A stretch of DNA of 64,000 nucleotides from contig NMRA01000155.1 of NCBI GenBank assembly GCA_002633005.1, positions 703,536 through 767,535 on the forward strand, read 5' to 3'. The stretch is from Phoronis australis. Lineage: Eukaryota; Animalia; Phoronida. Below the pieces are notes generated by a model. It saw nothing but the letters and a program-made list of their open reading frames with translations, did not search any database and was not told the DNA's origin. Of the stretch, positions 26,663 through 40,000 are shown piece by piece. The first letter of the stretch is position 1; every line of letters begins with the position of its first letter. The translations under genes and the position numbers were made by a program.

Positions 26663-29600
26663 ATGCGACGAAGCAAATTTCGCTGCTTCGTGTTGGCACT
26701 TGTCTTGCTTACGTGCTCAGTAGGGTACATGATGTATCTACTAATGGTTTTACACCCCACTACAGGTAATCTCATATAATAAAGTGTTTGAACTTGTGTG
26801 AATTGTTCACCGTTGTATAAAAGACACTCGCTCTAGCCGTTCTTACTTGGCCTGGGGCAGAAGCTAAGGCTAGAGTAGAGAGTAGAGTTTAGACAGTTCA
26901 ACCGTATCTGGATAGGTTCAACCACATGCCCGTGGTGGCCCTCCAATAAACCGCCCATGCCCTTCTGTATGCGGGGAGCATTTCTGCATTATTGCCACTC
27001 AGTAGCTTGAACCATCAATGACGGTCACCTCGGTCACGTTACTATAAGTTATAACTAAGACTAAGAGGCATAAAGCTGATAAGTGGGCACATGTGTTTAC
27101 TAGTGCTCTAGAACACTTCGAGCTTATGAAGTCACTGAAGCAGATGGAATCATTAAATCCTTTCAACTTGAACAAATACTCCCCCTATCATTAACATTTG
27201 CTGAATTCGTTGTCCTTCGTTCTGTCAACAAAATTGTGAATTCACTATTTGTGAATTAGTGCTTGCATCAAAATGTCTGTCAACCAAATCTGGAAATATT
27301 TAAATACTTTAAATGCATCCAACGTCCAAAAGTGTCCTACAGTTTGACAGTATCTAGCATACTAGTGGTATGTGACTTTGACAATTAGCCAAATTGTCAG
27401 TCAGACCGCATTATAACCTACCCTTGTATGTTGGGCTTTGCCTGAGAGTTTTCAAAAAAATTTGTAACTACCTGTAGGTGTTAGGAAGCATACCTGGACT
27501 CAAAAAGAATCACCCGCCTGCAGTCCTAAATTTTAAAATTCTGCAGTTAAATTTTAATGCCACTCAAAAAACAACAGATATGCAGTCCTCTTTTAAATGT
27601 CCTTATGGGACCCCCATGACTGCAGGTTATATGCAATTTATTTCCTTTCGATTGTACCAGACAATAGAGGCAATCAATAGGTTCCAAAGCAAATGGTCAC
27701 CTGTCTTGTTGCTGGCATAACTTTCAATGGGTGCACAAAATGTAAGGGGCATGATATGATCAGGAGCCATTGAGGAAATGCAGAATTATAAATATTGCGA
27801 ACGGACTATGCAAATTGACAAACTCCATAGTGGAAAACACACATTATATTTGCTTCATTGGGTGTTGCAGCTACCAAAAGTGTGGTTTTGAATTGCACTG
27901 CAGTACAATGTTCTGCATTTTGGTTAGGGCTGTTCCAGTAAAAAATGTATGGGAGGGGGGAAGGCACTTTCATTTCTTACCCACCGCCCATATTTTTCTT
28001 TTTATTTCTCCAACCCACATTCCATACTTTTTGATTAGGTTGAAATATCAAATGCGGTTTTTGAGATAATCAACATGTCTTTTCAAAAACTTCTTTCAAG
28101 GAGGACCACCCATAATTTAAATTTTCTTCTGAAGACCACCACCTATAAATTGTTATTTCAACTGCCATCCCCCCTCCCATTCGGATTTTTCTGGAATTAT
28201 CACCTTTCTCTCTCTAATGTTTTTGTAGATCAGATTGCAGACATTGTTGACCAGGTACAAAAGAAGCCAAACATAAACGTCAACAGATTGAGCAGTGATC
28301 AAGCCCATAAGTTCAACATCAACAATGCAGTTTATGTGTCTTCGACATTGAGGAGTGTACATAAGGATGTTCCCCCTGGTATTGAGGCTCCACTTGGTAA
28401 AATCCAAATTGAGGACAACTTAACAGGGGTCAAAGGTCAGGACTTCAGAAATAAATCTCACAAGGGCATCAAGGTCCTCAACAAAACATCGGAGAGTCTA
28501 GGTGTCCTTAAGAACAAGACCAAAATTGGTGAACTGTTTCAGATCATCAGACCGGCTAAGTCCAGTGCCAAGGAAGCCATTTTTCATGACAATGTTCTGA
28601 AGCTGGGTCTCACCAAGGAAACAGTAGAGGAATACATGAGTTACCTTGCCAAGTCTGTGGCTAGTGTGACAGGCGCAGAGCACTTCCATACTCACGCGCA
28701 GTCCTTTATTAAGGATGGACGCAGCTATGTTGACAAGTCACTGCAGGTGTCGCCAGGCTCCTGTGCCTGTAACGGGACGCAGTGTGTGTGCTGCGCATTC
28801 ATCAGAGTGTCCAGGCTGAAACTGGACACCAAGTTGTGTGTGGCCATGTCCTATATACCGAGACCAAAGGAACCGGTGGGTGAATAAGTGACAGTCGGCT
28901 TGTGTTTGAGTCCACAGTGATTGTCTTTGTCATAAAATGTAAAACCATTCATTGTGTTTTTGTCAGCTCTGGCTGACGAGACCCTCTTGTACACTAGTAG
29001 ACCGTAATTTTTCAGCCCTATACAGTGTACACTTAACGAGGTGGCTACCTGTTGATTAGTCTCCCAAATTTGGACATATCAATTTTTGTTGTAAAAATGA
29101 TCTCTTTGAGTTAACACCCATATTCTACTTTACACCTGCCTGTCCCTGTTTAATTTTACCCTTATAAGTAGCCATTGCTAGCCAACTTTATTACATCAGA
29201 GCTTCAACATTTTCTGTTTTTCCTTGTTTTTCAATTAATTTTGGATTTCGTAATAAGCAAATGTATAATAAACAAAGACAAACATAGAAAATAAAACAAA
29301 ATGCTAATTGTACTCAGGGTTCAAAATACACGGTGGCCCGGGGCAATTTTCATTCATGCTAATGTGATCACAGGTGGTGTACGATTGTGTGTGTAGTTTG
29401 TTTTCCAATATCCTAGCTGTGTGCACTGTGTATGCAGACCAAAGCCATGTTTCCAACACAACCTGTTGTAGATTTCATAAACTAATGGTCTGCAAATATG
29501 TAACCTGGAAGCTTTTGCGCTGATCTGAGTCAATCGCTACTGGTGTAAACATGATGTATCACTCCTGTTTTCGCTCTTCAGGTTGTCAATCTCAATTTTC

Positions 29601-31879
29601 AACTGAGTGGAGTGACCATTCTCAATCAGACAGTATCAGGTAAGACATAGTTTACATATGGCAAACTCCTTTGCAATCCTTGCCGTCTTTCGTTTTGTCT
29701 CTGGCTGATCTTGGATATCACACACACTCAAAACTACACTCCCAGGACTTGCTGCAATGTAAAATTGCCAAAACGCATTTCCATGCCGATTTCACTACAT
29801 TTTTTGTCCACGGTCAAGGGGGCTGGTACTCCTTTGCCCCAATTCCACCACAGCTTTAATATTAAGTATATTTATGGAGGTCAGCAGGGTCTCATTGCCA
29901 TCACCTCAGTATGAGTTGCTTATTAGTGCGTTGTTAAATGTCAGCGTTGGAATTGATGTATTCGACTAAACCTTCATCATTTTCAGTTGGTTTCTCCAAG
30001 TGTCACTGTCTTGAGCATTTCATACATGGTACTTCAGTAATTAGCACTTTAACACCTCAATGTCACATGTCTGGCACATTTCAAATCAGGGATGGCTAAT
30101 GAGCAGTTACTGTGACAGGTCACCTAGGCAGCAGACTGACTGTTGATATCTTGGTCTAGCAGTTTGTATGTGCCCTAGTGTTTACGCATATGTGGGTGCC
30201 CATTCAGCATCTGCTACTCTACGTCTGCTGCTCCACCTCCAAAACTGGATGATTGTTAGTGAAATTTTGCAGACTTGTTCTTGTCAAGGATAGGACGGAA
30301 TGAGCGAATGTTCAGGCGGGTCTGATTACCGGTGTGCCTCCTAGTGGCCATTTTTTGATGTTTGCCTCAGTTTGTATCTTCGTTACTTCCTTGACAGAGT
30401 TTCATGAAATTTGGAAAATTTATAGCTATTAAAGTGGCAAGGATGACGTCTTATCTTTTTTCTCTTCCTTGTAGTTATTTTTTTTCTGTTTTCAAGTTTT
30501 TAAGCATCCACCTCTCTGTCAGCCAAATGACTCTATGGTTAATTATGAAAACTGGTATAAATGTTCCTGCTGCTAAGAGGGCATCAGCTGTGATTTTTGG
30601 ACGGCTCTGACTACTGTGTTTTTCTCATCCATTCCTGTATCAGCTAAACTCGCTAAACTCTTACAAGATCTTTGTTAAATTTGATGTAACCTGATGTTTC
30701 TTGGAATGTGACCACAGATGACGATTTTTGTACAGATTCGATTACCGTTGTGCCCTCTAATGGCAATTCATTTGTTTTCCTCTGTATCTTCGAATGTCCG
30801 TGAAGGAGACATGGCAAATAAGTTTCTAATAAATAAACAATAACACATCTTTATTTTTGTATGGGCTCGACATACTGTATGCTATTTTCATTATTTTTGA
30901 ATCAGGTTTTTGGCGTCTGCTTCTTTATCAGCTAAATTACTCTAAATATCATTGTGAAAATTGGCAGATGTGTTCCTACTTGAAGTACGTGGCTGATGAT
31001 TTTTGAACTTGTCCGACTGCTGTGGTACTCTCTTGTCGCATTTTTGTTTTTTACGTGAGGTTCAACACAAGTTCCTTGGTGGATTTTCTTGATATTTGAT
31101 ATGTGTTTCTATTGAGGAGAGTAAAAATGACGCGGATTGTGGTACAAATCTGAATAATGCAAAGTTGCCTAGTGGCACTTTTTGTCTTCATTGCGTTTGC
31201 CTTGACACATGCTAAGTTCAGTGATAGATGTTCATGAAATTTGGCAAATAAGTTACTACCACGCAGATGGCAGCACCAACCCTGTTTTAGAGTTTGCCTA
31301 CGTTCTGCCCCTAATGTTATTTCTATTATTTTTGTGTCCTAATTGTCATGGTGAAAGATGGCAGGCATGTTCCTATTGAGGAGAGCATTTCTGATCTGCT
31401 TTCCACCCTAGTTTAGCACTGCTGTGTTAGTGGGAACGTTTAAAATAATGATCATTTCTTGTATATGTGCTGTATGTGATGCATAACATATCTGTGGTTT
31501 GTAATTGATATGTTGAATGTATTGTGTTATTAGGAAATGTGTTTATCTTCAAAGGTCTCTATTATGGAATTGTATACAAGTGATACACAACCTTGATATA
31601 CTCTTGATTGTTTCAATTTCAGCTTTCAAACCTCAAGAGGTATGTCTAGGAGGGGTTCCTAGTTTCACCGAGGTATGTACTCGCTTCACCGACACAACGG
31701 TGCGTATGCCTAGCCATGACGACACGGTGACCTCAGTGCATAGCTGCATAGCCTTTGACCTAAATCTCTTCATGAAGACAGTGGCTGTGTTCCCGGCCGG
31801 TTGCTTTGTACTTATCTCTACCAGTCCGTTGAAGGAGAGTTTGATGGTGAATAAAGCTGGCAACCTGTTTATGCCATAA
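26663..31879 (+). CDS. DUF4773-domain protein with N-terminal signal/anchor (4 exons, 354 aa)
   Basis: Exons 26663-26765 (MRRSKFRCFVLALVLLTCSVGYMMYLLMVL), 28229-28875, 29582-29639, 31623-31879 sum to 1065 nt in frame. The C-terminal pattern CACNGTQCVCC..KLCVAMSY..LNQTVSA..P.EVC..C..C..GCF matches my recollection of DUF4773. Confidence 0.75.
27927..28200. mobile_element. Shorter copy of the Harbinger-like MITE at 10531
   Basis: Starts tta|gggctgttccagtaaaaaatgtatgggaggggggaaggcac; degenerate right end cccctcccattcggatttttctggaa. Confidence 0.7.
30230..31430. repeat. Old degenerate tandem array in intron 3 of the DUF4773 gene
   Basis: Recurring blocks atgaaatttggca, gttcctattgaggagag and gcc(c/t)ctagtggca at irregular ~150-250 bp spacing. 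Confidence 0.45.
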
Positions 31880-31914
31880 CAGTCTTCCTCACGGATGAAC
31901 TGCTGTAGCTTTAT

Positions 31915-32360
31915 AACATGATATCAATAGGGCTGTGTAGCAGTACTGTATCTTGTGATATCAATATCACTGTGTAACACTAAAATATCCTCCAATATCA
32001 GTGTGGCTGTGTAGCACTACAACATCCTGCGATTTCAATATCACTGTGTATAACTACAGCATCCTGTGATACATGTATCATGACTGTGTAGCATTACATC
32101 ATGTGATATCAATATGGCTGTGTAGCACTACAACATCATGTGGTATCATTATGACTGCGTAGCTCTACAGCATCATGTGATATCAACAGGGCTGTGTTGC
32201 AGTACAGCATCTTGTGAAAAAAAAATCTTGTGATATCAATATGTATACGCAGCACTACAACATCTTGTGATATCAACATGGCTGTGTAGCACTACAACAT
32301 CCTGTGACATCAATATGACTGTGCTTCATTACAAGACCCTGTGATATCAATATGGCTCTG
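31915..32360. repeat. Minisatellite, ~37-bp unit, ~12 copies
   Basis: Unit tgtgatatcaatatggctgtgtagcactacaacatcc; begins ~35 bp after the DUF4773 stop codon. Confidence 0.85.
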
Positions 32361-32827
32361 CTGCGCTTGTGTCTACCTCTTCTTCTAGTTGTTGACATGT
32401 AGGCTATATGTGTGGCAAGTTTACTGCACAGCCAACCAAGCTAAAGCTTTAGGTTCCCCCCTGTTCAATTATCTGTTGTGTGAACTTAGCTACAGGTAGG
32501 GCCCCCATGCGGAGAGAGGCCCCACGCTATAATCACAGGGTTACTAAACATTTCAATGTTTCATTTGTATTGGGGAGGGGTGCAATCTCGGTGAGTAGAG
32601 TGGGTAGAAGTGGTTGCAGCTGTAGGGCCAGGGTGAGAGGTACACTGTAAAAGTGACTGGTGAATTTTCACACTCTCCAAAGTGGACAGGTGAGCTTTAT
32701 AAGCGTTTAGCATGTTGGACTAGTACTGTTTCAAAAAGTGATGGAATTATTGTGCAATTACAGTAGAGTGCACTGGGCGGTTTTTGGAAGAAGCAGGTGA
32801 TTTCTTGCCTTAAATGTCATGTAGGTT

Positions 32828-32970
32828 GTGGTGGACTTGTCTATAACTTGTATCAAATGATCTGTGGAGTATGGTGGACCTGTCTATAACTTGCATCAAA
32901 TAATCTGTCGAAAGTGACGGACGTGTCTCTAACTTGCATCAAATGATCTGTCTAGTGTGATGGACCTGTA
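32828..32970. repeat. Minisatellite, ~43-bp unit x3
   Basis: gtggac(t/c)tgtctataacttgcatcaaatgatctgt repeated. Confidence 0.75.
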
Positions 32971-34083
32971 CAGAAGTTCCTTAAGAGTGATTGAAATATT
33001 CTGGTTGGTAGAGTGAATGTAATGTTCTAATTTTCATAGCATTGTTTTATTAACATAAATCTCTCATCTCAACCACATTGCTTTTCACTTATCTCATTTT
33101 ACCACTAAGAATATCTTGTGTTAACCTATACTAGGCTTACAGCCTTACACTAACAGTCTCAAGATCCCTATTTATGAAGTACCTAAGCTTGGCTTACCAC
33201 CCGGACTTCTCTCTTTGAAAGTTCCCCGTCTCAACAGAAGTTTAGCTCTCAAAAAGTGCCCAACTGGCTTCATGCCTTTAGTAGCGACCAGTTCCCGAAA
33301 TTGGTCAATTTCGTTGGAACCTTGCCTTATTGGGACTGGAAAACATCGGTACACCCTCTCTCTTTAACTGAGGTGGCAAAAAGTGGTTGTTTTGACACAT
33401 AACATTATTCTTCTCCGCCTGTGCAAAAGCGCGCATATACGTGTTCAGTTAGCAGTGTGCTGGCCCGCCGGCCCACCATTTAGTCTAAAAATTTACTGGC
33501 CCAGGTGACAAGTTAACTTTTAAAAGTTACTGGCCCGGCGGCAAATCTACTGGCCCCGGGACTGCGTGTATTTCGAACGCTGCGTGAAAGCAGCAGGTAG
33601 CGAGCTCATTACGTACGCTGCTTTAATTAAAGAGGTTTGTCATGCCACTGAACCACCGGACGGGATCATGCAATTGTACAATATATTGATGATTTAATGG
33701 CTCTTCACGTGATGTCCCCGCCAATGTACTTAACCAGGTCGATTGTTCTTCTAAAATTCGGTTCTAACCCTCCATGCTGGGCTTAACGCCCACCTCTGAG
33801 TTCTGAGTTTAAGCGCCCTGGGCGATAACCTGGAGCAATATCGTAGTTGAATATTGTGCTTCCATGTTTTACCACTATCGTTCAAAGACTGGTTGCCGTC
33901 AAGGAAGCCTGTTACCTTATCGTTAGCGTTAGTGTCCTTAAAATATACAACACTGAGAAAGCTTCTCTAGACGCTTTTGATCAAGAAGGGCGTCATGTCG
34001 ACTTTGACATCTCATGATTCACTGAATTCTTCATTACCTAATTATGAATCTTCATCGTGAGATTTGGTCGTGCGGTGGCTTAA

Positions 34084-34999
34084 AGGCGAAGGCAACATTT
34101 TTTCATTTCATTTTAGCAAAAATATGGTTCTATGATTATCCCAGACATATTTTTCACTTAATTACAGCTTTCTGTAATTTAAATTAGTACTCGTCCTTTA
34201 CTCCGGAAGTGACGTTTTAGGAGGCAAATATTTCGCACCAATTTCTTTTCATATAGTCTGACTGTGAGAGCTGCCGAGTCAGTCAATGTTCTACCTCTGT
34301 TGTGATTTTTCAGTCGTCGTTTGCTTTTGTTTACGAGTTAGTCAATATGCCACACTGTTGCTGCGTACCCAGATGTACTCATTATCGTCTCACGGACAGT
34401 GACAGGAACAATTGTCCCACTTGCCCGAGTGTCCCGCGGCACACTCCCACTGGATAACCTGATCACACAAACTGCTTACATCCCGCCGTGTGACTCCATC
34501 GCCACATTCCTGGCACCTTCTAAATAACTCCAATACGTAAGACAAATTCTCAATAAACTTATCAAAGTACGTTTAATTGGCTCACCGATCTATTCATTGG
34601 ACGACGAACTGTGCTCTTCACTGCGTGTCGAACTGGGCCTGTACTCATTCCCTCTACTCAACATCGAAGCAGGGCTGCTTACAGGCTCTGGGCGATATGA
34701 GTACAACCCGGTACGCAGCAACAGTGTGGCATGTTGACTGACTCATAGGCAAAAGCAAACGACGACCGAACTTAATTGTCACAGCCGAGGTATAACAATG
34801 ACTGACTCGACAGCTCTCACAGTCAGACTATATGAAAAGAAATTGTCACGAAATTCTTGCCTCCCAAAACGTCACTTCCAGAGTAAAGGGCGAAGAATTG
34901 ATTAAATTACGAAAAGCTGTAATCAAGGGAAAATTTGTCTGGGATAAGCAAAGAACCTTATTTTTGCTGAAAATGACGTGAAAAGGGGTTGCCTTTCCC
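34084..34999. mobile_element. Double-headed (inverted) derivative of the THAP/Kolobok-like transposon
   Basis: TTAA|aggcgaaggcaac at 34080-34096 leads to a THAP start ATG 34347 (MPHCCCVPRCTHYRLT, +). The same end recurs inverted with ATG at 34732 (-), terminating gttgcctttccc at 34999. The middle (~34500-34692) matches 61550-61722. Confidence 0.8.
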
Positions 35000-36419
35000 A
35001 GTATTGCGATAGTACGACCTAAAGAATGCAAATGGTTTTGGCTGAACCTGAACCTGTTCTAGCCATTTTTGTCCAGCAATAATCGGTTGTTTGCGACTTC
35101 CACGATTCACGCTCTGCTGATGAATGTCCTGGTAGTACCGCAAAGATCAGTCTCGTGGCCAGTCGTAACATAGTTGTAGACGCCGGTGTTTTTCCTTACG
35201 CAGCCAGTATTCAGTCTTACACTTTCGATGTCACTACATGTCGGTTAATCAGGACCGTTGTAGTATACACTTGACACTTGCAGTCAATGTAAACTTCACA
35301 TGTGGCCACAAACCTGACGTTTTACTTGCTCGGCTGGGTAAATTTAACGTGCTGTTTTTGTCGCCATCATGTGAACACACCCAAATTCTTCTTTGGTGTG
35401 AACTACTATTCCTCAATTCTTCCAAAATGCGTCGAATCAACCATTCAATTTATGACGTATTCATAAGTTCCTTCGCATTTTGCAATAATATGGACTTTAA
35501 GTTTGTGGGTTCCATTCATTAAATAATCTTGAATTGTTAAAACTGCGTTTTGAAAATCGAAATAGACCTTTTACTATATAAACTACAAGTCTCATAATAT
35601 CCCTCACTGTGTTAGGATTCTGTTTCCGTTACCAATTCAAGTCACAGTCTATGCGCGCATGCGTCATTTCCAATTTCGTAGTTTTAATGTAGGCCAATTC
35701 CAATAGGCACAGGTGTATTCATGAGTAACTCGATACTCTTGTGACGGAAATACACGTAGAATCCTATCATGGCCAATGACGGCCTCTGTCATGGCTAGAA
35801 AAAAATAATGACGAGACCGATTTTATGAGTGTAAAAGGCCTAACTCGATTTTCGCCGACTAAACCGCGCGAAATGCTGCTTTAACAAACTCTAAGATACA
35901 CATGTATAGTGAGCAACAGCACCAGCGAGTTTTCTAACCGATGCACACCTGTGTTCGACTGTTTGTTGGTTTTAGACGCACGTTGGCATAGCCACTTTAC
36001 TGTATTCGCTCCCGTCAAAGCCCGACATTTCACAATTAGTGTGCTCAAAAAACGGGGTTGACATTCGTGTCATGTGCTTTTATCGCATAGCAAAGGCGGA
36101 TCCAGCATCCAGCTTTTTACGAAAGGGAAGGTCTCAGTAAAATGATAAGTTTCTGGAGAGAATTCACTACCACAAGCGATGAGTAGGAAACCCGTAATGA
36201 AATTAAGTGTTGGTTTTTGTTTGCCGCTTTAGCTTAAAAAGGAGGGCTCGGACCCCTTAGACCCTCCCCTGGATCCGCTTACGCATGTTCCTACATGTCC
36301 ATAGGCTTCGAAAACTTTCGTACATGAGTTGACAGGCTATTATCGTACATGAGTTCGCAGACTAGTATCGTCGTGCACATACATTTGTAAGCTCGTGGGC
36401 TTTGAACATTCGTGCATGG

Positions 36420-36667
36420 CATGCGCCCACCCAGCCTTCAATTTGGGGCGGGGATGCTCAAATTCCCGGCGTTGTGGACCTTTCGCTAACAAAAGAGCGG
36501 GCGGACTAAAAAAATACAAGAAAAAGCGGAGAACCACTGTGTATTGCGCATTTGGTTTATTTAATGGACTTTTGTCCCAATTTCTCTGACTTTTTGTCTG
36601 TCGCGGGGCGGACCTTTTTGCCCACTTCGCCAAATGGGGAATCCCCCTCCCCCTGAGTGCGCGCATG
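36420..36667. mobile_element. 5-bp TSD hAT-like element, copy 2 (opposite orientation)
   Basis: catgcgcccaccca..gtgcgcgcatg; flanks CATGG/CATGA. Confidence 0.7.
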
Positions 36668-37029
36668 CATGAGTCTAAATTTGGTTAACAAACGTAGGTG
36701 AATTGGCGATGACCGGTAATGATAGGATTTTTTTCTATAGTGAACGATGTCCTAGCGTGCCTGTCTACAGGGCACAAACGAGAGAAGTAGATTTGGTGTG
36801 AAATGAGGGAGAAGAGGTGTGGGCTGATTACCCGAGAAGGTGGTTTTATACCTGCGCGAGAAAAACCAGGCATGTGTTTATAGCAAGAAAAATCAGGGAT
36901 GTGTTTATACTGAGCAGGTAGATCTACATGTATATGCCAGGAAAACACAAAATGAAAATGGGTTTATACGGGAGAGGATACGATATGGTATGAATACATT
37001 TAATTCGGCTTATTATGTACGCGAATATG

Positions 37030-40000
37030 TTACTGGTCCATCGATATACGCGATGCCGCCATATCAGTTTCGCTTATGTCATCCAGGGATGGTCGGTTGT
37101 CATAGTGATGTGGTGCGCGAAGGATAATGCCTAAAGTCCCGAAAAAGCAGGCAATGGTGAATATCCATAAAAACATTCTATCGATTACCATGGCAACGTA
37201 CTTCCAGTCTTCTTTCATCTGCAAATCGAAAGGTGAATAGTTGTAAAATTGACACGTTTAGTCGTTGTTTGCCAAGTTACGTTACGTGCTAGTACGGTAG
37301 TGTTCGTTGTTACTGAGCGTAAGTCACGATACACTGGAATGGAATAGTTTCAGTTACTATGAACTAACTACGCGTACAACAGACGTGTAAGGAGTTTTTT
37401 AGTGGGCTACGCTTATTTTCCAAATTCTTTCTCCTGTTTCTTCGCCAAAGACGATTGTTAGCTTCACAGGTCAATGTCACCTGGCAATTTAGAACCTGTT
37501 TAAGGGCGTAGACGTCCGACACAGTTTTGATTTATCGGCGAATTCTTTTTAAAGTTTTATATTTTGTACTTTGGGTTTGCCTACTACACATTTGCAAATG
37601 GAAGTGGGTGTACCTGTAGATGTAGCAGAATTAGTTTTTGCGTTCGAAGTGCATGAGTAGAGGCACATTTTTCAAAAATGCGAAATTTGCATCCAGGTTA
37701 CTGAAATGACACCTCTAATAAAATTAACGATTGTAAACGTTTTGAAAAAAACCCGGATTAATTTCGTTGCACGATTTCGGTTTGATTTTTAACAGCTTTT
37801 ATCATAGGTTCAGGTTTAATGTTTTTGGCGTCTGCGTAAGTAAACGTTTTTCTGAACTTTTAGTACCTCATATTTTAGCATTTTGTCATTTGGAACCGTT
37901 ATTTTTATCTTTAATTTTATTGTGATGTCCCTCGTATTTTTATGAAATAAGACAAAAATAGGAAAGCACCGACATAGTTTCAAATAGTGACATGTACGTG
38001 TTCGCGGCAGTTTTACCTTCGCAAAAGCACGCCAATTTCCAGATCACGTTTAACCCGTTATATTTCAACAGAATGCAGTTATGTTATGTTGTCGGGATTG
38101 TGAAATACGTTTAGTTGACGTGGAAAATTTTAGACGAGAAGTTTCTTCTAAAGTTCAAATTTGACGTTTAAATAAAGTCAGCTCTCAGTCTGACGTCTGC
38201 GTGTTCTTGACTGTTACTTCATATGACGTCATTGTGAAATTATATGTCTTGCACCATTACTTAACGATATAATAACAGACACTGAGCAGAAATTCAACAT
38301 TCTTGAAGTTATATAATCTTTTCTTTGAAATAGATTATATAGTTTGAAGTGAAAATCTTTTATAAGTTAGACAATGTTGCAAAACAACGACTGTTTTACA
38401 AGTTTTTGACAAAGAGTGTCGAACTCCCTAGATAAATGTTTTACCACCTATTTTACTCAAACAAATAAATATTATCACACGAAAAGACGTGGCAATTTTG
38501 CAATCAATTTGCATTGCCTTTCTTGAATGAAATAAAATAATAGTGAGACACGAAATAGCATTCAGCCATGCCGGGTTACCTGTTTCTCTTTGTCATTAGC
38601 CTCGATCTGGTCTGCCACACAGAGCACGTTCAAAATTAGCATCTTTTCTTCCGGCGACACTGTCGGTTGATGTTCACGTCGGTATCTACTGTCATACGGG
38701 TAACTCCGACCAGGTGTCTCACGCCGCCGTGCCATGGAATAACTGCATCCGGTTTCATCAGGGAATATATTTCGACGTGCAGTGCTTTCCTTGTTACGAG
38801 TCACGAGCAGACGCTCTTTCGCGCTTGGTCTCCTCATGAACAGGAAACGTGGAAGAATTTCCAGGAATATCCTCCGAACCCACGGTGACATTCGGTGTGT
38901 AGAAGACGATCGACAATGAATGTTGAGCACTACCACGGCGATGACTATGGAACAGCAGACGAGAACCGTGGTGAAGAGTAAATACTTCCCGAGTAGAGGT
39001 ATCGTCAAACTGGTCGGTGGGAGATTGTCGGATAACAAGAGGAAGAACATAGTCAAGGAAAGAAGAATGGATATACAGAGCGTGGTCTTCTCCCCGCTCT
39101 CCGTTGGCAAGTAAAACACGAGCACTGTGAGAAATGAAATGGCGACGCAAGGCACGATCAGGTTGATGGTATGGAACAGTGTCTTCCTGCGCAACCGGAA
39201 GTAGAACGTGACATCCAGGAAGGGATATTGAAATACCCCGTACCAGACAACGTGGCGCTGTGCAGGTACTTCTAGTATTTCCCACTCGGCGCTCGAGCTG
39301 TACTCCGACATGTCGACTCCTATGCTGATATTAACCTCACCGTCAACCTTGAACAAATAATAGTTTATGTATTTCAGACGCGACAACCGAGATTCCCTTC
39401 ATATTTGAGCCTGATATTCTTGTTAATCAGTTTAATATTGAAGAAAACATTTGAAGCACTTGTCGAAACTGGAATCTGTTGAACATTCCTTTTCTGCCAA
39501 AGTTCAAAGACTTAGATAATAAAAAGTTGTGGTGTTTTGCATCAAATTCACTCTGGCTTATTCCCCTTATGGGCTTATTTCCATACCTCCGTTCCAACAA
39601 CAACCTGGGCCGTGCGCGTTAACTAGGAGCTGGCCACGCGCCAGCCAAAATAAATTTCTGGACTAAGCCTTGTGCATGCGATTGATAAATAAAAAAATCC
39701 ATTTTTGCAGAATGAAGTACGAACAATAAGCTCAACATTGTAGCGGCAATAAAACCCCGTTCCCTCGTCGTCTAAACGTACTTTTGAATTAGACCTTTAC
39801 ATATTGTACTAAAATTATAAAATTGGTCTCAACTAATGTTCCTTACTCGATCAATGGTTAAGTGATTGTTGGTCATGTAAACCAAATGACAGTTCGTTGT
39901 TTCTCAAGACCATGGTTGGCGCATAACATGACAAAACGTGACAAGTCAACTTGTAGAGTGACGTGGACTAAACCAATAGCTAGCTGTTAGTTCTTTTCAG

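Noticed and set aside
29315-33582. Inverted hAT-like ends (cagggttcaaaatacac / gtgtatttcgaacgctg) bracketing DUF4773 exons 3-4, suggesting a gene-capturing element
   Set aside because: No TSD (attgtact versus cgtgaaag) and the exons splice in phase with exons outside; more likely two independent fragments.
35000-35540. Coding-looking sequence beside the foldback element, possibly a decayed transposase or recombinase
   Set aside because: All frames are interrupted and I could not recognise any catalytic motif; needs BLASTX.
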